A stretch of DNA of 32,229 nucleotides from IMG/VR virus record IMGVR_UViG_2529292920_000016; one strand, written 5' to 3'. The DNA is from a virus (Duplodnaviria > Heunggongvirae > Uroviricota > Caudoviricetes). Below the pieces are notes generated by a model. It saw only the letters and a program-made list of their open reading frames with translations, ran no database searches and had not been told where the DNA came from. Below, in pieces: positions 26,672-32,229 of the stretch (positions are counted from its first letter, which is position 1; every line of letters starts with the position of its first letter). The position numbers and the translations under genes are program-made.

Positions 26672-28571
26672 TTCTGCAGGAGCGATAGCAACCGGCCTCC
26701 TTGCGCTAAAAATTCCTGTCCCTCTGACGACAGTTCAGTGGGCAGATCGACATTATTACCTTCCGAAAGAGTCATCTTACACCCCGGGGCGGTGGGAAAC
26801 ACTGCCGTTTCAGGTTGCCATCATGAACAGCATGGGGAATGACCGGATCCGCACTGTTAATCTGATTAAATCTGCCCGTGTTGGTTATACAAAGATGTTG
26901 CTGGGAGTGGAGGCTTATTTTATTGAGCATAAATCACGCAACAGCCTTCTTTTCCAGCCCACGGATTCTGCTGCTGAAGATTTTATGAAATCTCATGTGG
27001 AACCCACGATCAGGGATGTGCCGGTTTTACTCGATCTTGCACCGTGGTTTGGGCGTAAACATCGTGATAATACCCTCACGCTGAAACGCTTTTCATCGGG
27101 CGTCGGTTTCTGGTGCCTGGGCGGCGCTGCCGCCAAAAACTACCGTGAAAAATCCGTGGACGTGGTCTGCTATGACGAACTTTCCTCGTTCGAGCCGGAT
27201 GTCGAAAAAGAGGGCTCGCCAACCCTGCTGGGGGATAAGCGTATTGAGGGGTCGGTGTGGCCAAAATCCATTCGCGGCTCGACGCCTAAAATCAAAGGCA
27301 CCTGCCAGATCGAAAAAGCGGCCAACGAGTCGGCGCATTTCATGCGTTTTTATGTGCCCTGCCCGCACTGTGGGGAGGCGCAGTATCTGAAATTTGGCGA
27401 TGAGTCCACGCCTTTTGGGCTTAAATGGGAGAAGGACAGTCCCGAAAGCGTTTTCTACCTCTGTGAACATCATGGCTGCGTGATCCATCAGTCTGAGCTT
27501 GACCAGAACAACGGGCGGTGGATCTGTGAAAACACGGGCATGTGGACCCGTGACGGTCTGACGTTTTTCAGCGCCCGGGGTGATGAAATTCCGCCGCCGC
27601 GCTCCATCACGTTCCATATCTGGACGGCGTACAGTCCGTTCACCACCTGGGTACAGATTGTCTATGACTGGCTGGATGCACTGAAAGATCCCAACGGCCT
27701 GAAAACCTTTGTGAACACCACGCTGGGCGAGACCTGGGAAGAGGCCGTGGGCGAAAAACTCGATCACCAGGTACTGATGGATAAGGTGGTGCGTTACACG
27801 GCGGCGGTGCCTGCCCGGGTGGTTTATCTGACGGCGGGCATTGACTCGCAGCGAAACCGTTTTGAGATGTATGTCTGGGGATGGGCTCCGGGAGAGGAAG
27901 CTTTTCTGGTGGATAAAATCATCATTATGGGGCGTCCTGATGAGGAAGAGACGCTGTTACGTGTGGATGCGGCGATCAACAAAAAATACCGCCATGCGGA
28001 TGGCACCGAAATGACTATTTCCCGTGTCTGCTGGGACACCGGGGGGATCGATGGTGAAATTGTTTATCAGAGATCAAAAAAACACGGTGTTTTCCGGGTG
28101 CTGCCGGTAAAAGGCGCATCTGTCTATGGCAAGCCGGTGATCACCATGCCAAAAACCCGCAATCAGCGGGGCGTGTATCTGTGTGAAGTGGGAACGGACA
28201 CCGCAAAAGAAATTCTCTATGCCCGTATGAAAGCCGATCCCTCGCCTGCGGATGAAGCCACGTCGTATGCCATCCGTTTTCCTGATGATCCGGAGATTTT
28301 TTCGCAGACAGAGGCGCAGCAACTGGTGGCGGAAGAGCTGGTGGAGAAGTGGGAAAAAGGAAAGATGCGTCTGCTGTGGGATAACAAAAAGCGGCGTAAC
28401 GAAGCGCTGGACTGCCTGGTGTATGCCTACGCGGCATTACGTGTGTCCGTGCAACGCTGGCAGCTTGATCTGGCTGTACTGGCAAAATCCCGGGAAGAAG
28501 AGACGACCCGGCCAACCCTGAAAGAACTGGCAGCGAAGCTGTCCGGAGGAGTGAATGGTTACAGTCGCTGA
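26643..28571 (+). CDS. A: Terminase large subunit (gpA)
   Basis: ATG at 26643 (AGGTGG RBS) overlapping Nu1 end; high similarity to lambda A throughout ([75 protein letters not shown]). Confidence 0.9.
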   Translation: MISDELRAANSAGAIATGLLALKIPVPLTTVQWADRHYYLPKESSYTPGRWETLPFQVAIMNSMGNDRIRTVNLIKSARVGYTKMLLGVEAYFIEHKSRNSLLFQPTDSAAEDFMKSHVEPTIRDVPVLLDLAPWFGRKHRDNTLTLKRFSSGVGFWCLGGAAAKNYREKSVDVVCYDELSSFEPDVEKEGSPTLLGDKRIEGSVWPKSIRGSTPKIKGTCQIEKAANESAHFMRFYVPCPHCGEAQYLKFGDESTPFGLKWEKDSPESVFYLCEHHGCVIHQSELDQNNGRWICENTGMWTRDGLTFFSARGDEIPPPRSITFHIWTAYSPFTTWVQIVYDWLDALKDPNGLKTFVNTTLGETWEEAVGEKLDHQVLMDKVVRYTAAVPARVVYLTAGIDSQRNRFEMYVWGWAPGEEAFLVDKIIIMGRPDEEETLLRVDAAINKKYRHADGTEMTISRVCWDTGGIDGEIVYQRSKKHGVFRVLPVKGASVYGKPVITMPKTRNQRGVYLCEVGTDTAKEILYARMKADPSPADEATSYAIRFPDDPEIFSQTEAQQLVAEELVEKWEKGKMRLLWDNKKRRNEALDCLVYAYAALRVSVQRWQLDLAVLAKSREEETTRPTLKELAAKLSGGVNGYSR

Positions 28572-28782
28572 ACTGCAGGCGCTGCGTCAGGCGCGCCTTG
28601 ATTTATTAACCGGTAAACGGGTGGTGTCTGTCCAGAAAGATGGTCGCAGAATTGAATATACGGCGGCTTCTCTGGATGAGCTTAACCGGGCGATCAATGA
28701 TGCGGAGTCGGTACTGGGGACAACCCGGCGTCGCCGTCGTCCGCTGGGAGTGAGGTTTGAAACGAACGCCTGTCCTGATTGA
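28555..28782 (+). CDS. W: Head-tail joining / DNA stabilisation protein (gpW)
   Basis: LLTGKRVVSVQKDGRRIEYTAASLDELNRAIND matches lambda W; GGAGG RBS; overlaps end of A. Confidence 0.8.
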   Translation: MVTVAELQALRQARLDLLTGKRVVSVQKDGRRIEYTAASLDELNRAINDAESVLGTTRRRRRPLGVRFETNACPD

Positions 28783-28802
28783 TGTGAACGGCGTTCCGCT
28801 TC

Positions 28803-30350
28803 GTGAGAGTCTCAGCTACGAACGGGGGCGGTGCAGGATTTGGCGGGCAAATGGCGGAGTGGTTGCCACCGGCGCAGAGTGCCGATGCGGCCCTGCTGCC
28901 CGCGTTGCGTCTGGGGAATGCCCGGGCAGATGATCTGGTGCGCAATAACGGAATAGCGGCCAATGCGGTGGCCCTGCATAAGGATCACATTGTCGGGCAT
29001 ATGTTTCTTATCAGCTACCGTCCGAACTGGCGCTGGCTGGGGATGCGGGAGACCGCAGCAAAAAGCTTTGTCGATGAGGTGGAGGCGGCCTGGTCGGAAT
29101 ACGCCGAAGGGATGTCTGGCGAGATCGACGTGGAAGGAAAACGCACGTTCACGGAATTTATCCGTGAAGGTGTGGGCGTTCATGCGTTTAACGGCGAAAT
29201 CTTTGTGCAGCCGGTCTGGGATACGGAGAGCACGCAACTGTTTCGTACGCGTTTTAAAGCCGTGAGTCCGAAACGGGTGGACACGCCAGGACACGGTATG
29301 GGGAACCGTTTTCTGCGGGCCGGTGTGGAGGTCGATCGATATGGTCGTGCCGTTGCGTACCATATCTGTGAGGATGATTTTCCGTTCTCCGGGAGTGGAC
29401 GATGGGAACGGATCCCGCGTGAACTTCCCACCGGGCGTCCGGCCATGCTGCATATTTTCGAGCCGGTGGAGGACGGGCAGACCCGTGGGGCCAATCAGTT
29501 TTACAGCGTAATGGAACGGCTGAAGATGCTCGATTCCCTGCAGGCAACACAGCTTCAGTCGGCCATAGTGAAGGCGATGTATGCAGCGACGATTGAAAGT
29601 GACCTTGATACCGAAAAGGCCTTTGAATATATCGCCGGTGCGCCGCAGGGGCAGAAGGATAATCCGCTTATTAATATTCTGGAGAAGTTCTCCAGCTGGT
29701 ATGACACGAATAGCGTGACGCTGGGTGGTGTCAAAATTCCGCACCTTTTCCCCGGTGATGATCTGAAACTTCAGACCGCGCAGGATTCAGACAATGGATT
29801 TTCGGCGCTTGAACAGGCGCTGCTGCGGTATATCGCCGCCGGTCTTGGCGTTTCCTACGAACAGTTGTCCCGTGATTACTCGAAGGTCAGTTATTCAAGT
29901 GCCAGGGCCTCTGCCAATGAGTCGTGGCGCTATTTTATGGGGCGGCGAAAATTTATTGCGGCCCGGCTGGCCACGCAGATGTTTTCCTGCTGGCTGGAAG
30001 AGGCACTTCTTCGGGGGATTATCCGTCCGCCACGGGCGCGTTTTGATTTTTATCAGGCGCGATCAGCCTGGTCACGGGCAGAGTGGATTGGTGCCGGAAG
30101 AATGGCCATTGACGGGCTCAAGGAGGTTCAGGAATCGGTGATGCGCATTGAGGCCGGACTGAGCACGTATGAGAAAGAGCTGGCGCTGATGGGCGAGGAT
30201 TATCAGGACATTTTCCGCCAGCAGGTCAGGGAATCTGCTGAGCGACAAAAAGCCGGACTCTCACGTCCGGTGTGGATAGCGCAGGCGTATGAGCAGCAGA
30301 TAGCGGAGAGTCGCAGGCCGGAAGAGGAGACAACACCCCGTGAGACGTAA
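28803..30350 (+). CDS. B: Portal protein (gpB); N-terminus apparently displaced into another frame by a frameshift
   Basis: High similarity to lambda B from GGGAGFGGQ onward. The first ~24 codons homologous to the lambda B N-terminus (..KRTPVLIDVNGVPLRESLSYERG) lie in a different frame from 28757; the frames meet at a G5 run (28824-28828). Confidence 0.85.
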   Translation: MRVSATNGGGAGFGGQMAEWLPPAQSADAALLPALRLGNARADDLVRNNGIAANAVALHKDHIVGHMFLISYRPNWRWLGMRETAAKSFVDEVEAAWSEYAEGMSGEIDVEGKRTFTEFIREGVGVHAFNGEIFVQPVWDTESTQLFRTRFKAVSPKRVDTPGHGMGNRFLRAGVEVDRYGRAVAYHICEDDFPFSGSGRWERIPRELPTGRPAMLHIFEPVEDGQTRGANQFYSVMERLKMLDSLQATQLQSAIVKAMYAATIESDLDTEKAFEYIAGAPQGQKDNPLINILEKFSSWYDTNSVTLGGVKIPHLFPGDDLKLQTAQDSDNGFSALEQALLRYIAAGLGVSYEQLSRDYSKVSYSSARASANESWRYFMGRRKFIAARLATQMFSCWLEEALLRGIIRPPRARFDFYQARSAWSRAEWIGAGRMAIDGLKEVQESVMRIEAGLSTYEKELALMGEDYQDIFRQQVRESAERQKAGLSRPVWIAQAYEQQIAESRRPEEETTPRET

Positions 30351-31845
30351 TCTTTCACACATTATTGCCGCAGCATTCAATGAACCGCTGCTTCTGGAGC
30401 CCGCCTATGCGCGGGTTTTCTTTTGCGCGCTCGGGCGCGAGATGGGGGCATCAAGTCTTTCGGTACCACAACAGCAGGTACAGTTTGATGCTCCCGGAAT
30501 GCTGGCTGAAACGGACGAGTACATGGCCGGAGGTAAACGACCGGCCCGTGTTTACCGGGTGGTGAACGGTATTGCGGTACTGCCGGTGACCGGCACGCTG
30601 GTGCACCGGCTGGGGGGGATGCGGCCATTTTCCGGAATGACTGGCTATGACGGCATTGTCGCCTGTCTTCAGCAGGCAATGGCAGATAGCCAGGTGCGGG
30701 GCATACTGCTGGACATTGACAGTCCGGGCGGGCAGGCCGCCGGCGCGTTTGACTGCGCTGACATGATTTACCGCCTCCGTCAGCAGAAGCCGGTCTGGGC
30801 ACTGTGCAATGACACGGCCTGTTCTGCAGCCATGCTGCTGGCGTCGGCCTGCTCCCGACGGCTGGTTACCCAGACATCCCGTATCGGCTCCATTGACGTG
30901 ATGATGAGCCATGTCAGCTATGCCGGTCATCTGGCGCAGGCCGGTGTGGATATCACGCTGATTTACTCAGGGGCGCACAAGGTGGATGGCAATCAGTTTG
31001 AAGCCTTACCGGCAGAGGTTCGCCAGGACATGCAGCAGCGCATTGATGCGGCGCGCCGGATGTTTGCCGAAAAAGTGGCCATGTTTACCGGTCTGTCTGT
31101 TGATGCCGTCACGGGAACAGAGGCCGCCGTTTTTGAAGGTCAGTCCGGCATTGATGCCGGGCTGGCGGATGAATTAGTCAATGCGTCGGATGCCATCAGT
31201 GTGATGGCCACGGCGCTGAACAGTAATGTCAGAGGAGGCACTATGCCGCAATTAACTGCAACGGAAGCCGCCGCGCAGGAGAACCAGCGAGTGATGGGGA
31301 TCCTGACATGCCAGGAAGCGAAAGGACGTGAACAGCTTGCCACGATGCTGGCAGGACAACAGGGCATGAGCGTTGAACAGGCCCGGGCGATTCTGGCCGC
31401 GGCGGCACCGCAGCAGCCGGTGGCATCCACGCAGAGTGAAGCCGATCGCATTATGGCGTGTGAAGAAGCGAACGGTCGTGAACAACTGGCGGCAACGCTG
31501 GCGGCGATGCCGGAGATGACGGTGGAAAAAGCCCGCCCGATCCTGGCTGCTTCACCGCAGGCGGATGCCGGACCCTCACTCCGTGATCAGATCATGGCAC
31601 TGGATGAGGCAAAAGGGGCTGAGGCGCAGGCTGAACAGCTGGCTGCCTGCCCGGGAATGACTGTGGAGAGCGCCCGGGCTGTGCTGGCTGCGGGATCAGG
31701 TAAGGCAGAACCGGTCTCTGCATCCACAACCGCCCTGTTTGAACGCATCATGGCGAACCATTCACCGGCAGCGGTACAGGGTGGCGTGCCACAGACGTCA
31801 GCAGACGGTGATGCGGACGTGAAAATGCTCATGGCCATGCCATGA
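30340..31845 (+). CDS. C: Head maturation protease / scaffold (gpC with Nu3-like C-terminal region), S49/ClpP-like
   Basis: Similarity to lambda C (protease core GILLDIDSPGGQAAGAFDCADMIYRL...). C-terminal third carries three ~45-aa tandem repeats. Confidence 0.85.
   Translation: MRRNLSHIIAAAFNEPLLLEPAYARVFFCALGREMGASSLSVPQQQVQFDAPGMLAETDEYMAGGKRPARVYRVVNGIAVLPVTGTLVHRLGGMRPFSGMTGYDGIVACLQQAMADSQVRGILLDIDSPGGQAAGAFDCADMIYRLRQQKPVWALCNDTACSAAMLLASACSRRLVTQTSRIGSIDVMMSHVSYAGHLAQAGVDITLIYSGAHKVDGNQFEALPAEVRQDMQQRIDAARRMFAEKVAMFTGLSVDAVTGTEAAVFEGQSGIDAGLADELVNASDAISVMATALNSNVRGGTMPQLTATEAAAQENQRVMGILTCQEAKGREQLATMLAGQQGMSVEQARAILAAAAPQQPVASTQSEADRIMACEEANGREQLAATLAAMPEMTVEKARPILAASPQADAGPSLRDQIMALDEAKGAEAQAEQLAACPGMTVESARAVLAAGSGKAEPVSASTTALFERIMANHSPAAVQGGVPQTSADGDADVKMLMAMP
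31300..31760 (+). repeat. Three in-frame tandem repeats (~135 nt each) within the C/Nu3-like gene
   Basis: Protein repeats: RVMGILTCQEAKGREQLATMLAGQQGMSVEQARAILAAA / RIMACEEANGREQLAATLAAMPEMTVEKARPILAAS / QIMALDEAKGAEAQAEQLAACPGMTVESARAVLAAG. Confidence 0.55.
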
Positions 31846-31881
31846 AGCCAGTGCTGACCATCAACAGGAGGTTTTTACAAT

Positions 31882-32229
31882 ATGGTGACGAAAACTATCA
31901 CTGAACAGCGTGCGGAAGTACGTATTTTTGCCGGTAATGATCCGGCTCATACCGCCACAGGCAGCAGCGGGATTTCCTCGGCAACACCGGCACTGACGCC
32001 ACTGATGCTGGATGAGGCCACCGGGAAACTGGTGGTCTGGGACGGACAAAAAGCCGGTAGTGCGGTTGGCATACTGGTACTGCCGCTTGAAGGCACAGAG
32101 ACGGCGCTGACCTATTACAAGTCGGGGACCTTTGCGACGGAGGCAATCCGCTGGCCTGAAAGTGTGGATGAACACAAAAAGGCCAACGCCTTTGCCGGCA
32201 GTGCCCTGAGTCACGCGGCGCTGCCGTAA
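31882..32229 (+). CDS. D: Head decoration protein (gpD)
   Basis: NDPAHTATG...PALTPLMLDEATGKLVVWDG...AVGIL...LTYYKSGTF...WPE...AFAG matches lambda D; ORF and stop complete at the window end. Confidence 0.85.
   Translation: MVTKTITEQRAEVRIFAGNDPAHTATGSSGISSATPALTPLMLDEATGKLVVWDGQKAGSAVGILVLPLEGTETALTYYKSGTFATEAIRWPESVDEHKKANAFAGSALSHAALP

Noticed and set aside
27093-29744. Long minus-strand ORFs (27093-27767, 28141-28515, 28812-29744) in the terminase/portal region
   Set aside because: Antisense to terminase A and portal B, which have strong lambda homology; Arg/Pro-rich translations are typical of spurious antisense frames in GC-rich coding DNA.
30377-30930. Minus-strand ORFs (30377-30802, 30451-30930, 31140-31451) in the head protease gene
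   Set aside because: Antisense to the gpC-like CDS; compositionally biased and without start signals.

Overview
This window reads as a lambdoid prophage of an Enterobacteriaceae (E. coli-like) host, running from the integrase end into the head genes. All calls are from reading the sequence and the ORF track by eye and recalling protein families; no database search was run. Order along the window: int/xis and a large exonuclease-like gene (minus strand); a DicA-like repressor with a divergent Cro/DicC-like gene; O-like and P-like replication genes; a ~6 kb AT-rich accessory island (8.7-14.7 kb); DUF968, rusA and a Q-like gene with a tR'-like terminator; a Dam-like methyltransferase interrupted by an in-frame TAG; tRNA-Ile(CAU) and tRNA-Arg(UCU); a cargo slot where Stx phages carry stx, here holding unknown ORFs; a NanS-p-like esterase; a pinholin/SAR-endolysin/Rz/Rz1 lysis cassette; a lambda-type cos site; and lambda-like Nu1, A, W, B, C, D. 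The best candidate for an undescribed or accessory system is the AT-rich island: an orphan 280-aa ORF, a decayed tyrosine-recombinase fragment, a Septu-like ATPase + HNH nuclease pair, an IS481-like transposase and a hok-family toxin gene. Several genes look disrupted (methyltransferase nonsense codon; frameshifts in the portal gene and a small early gene), which suggests a partly defective prophage or sequencing errors.
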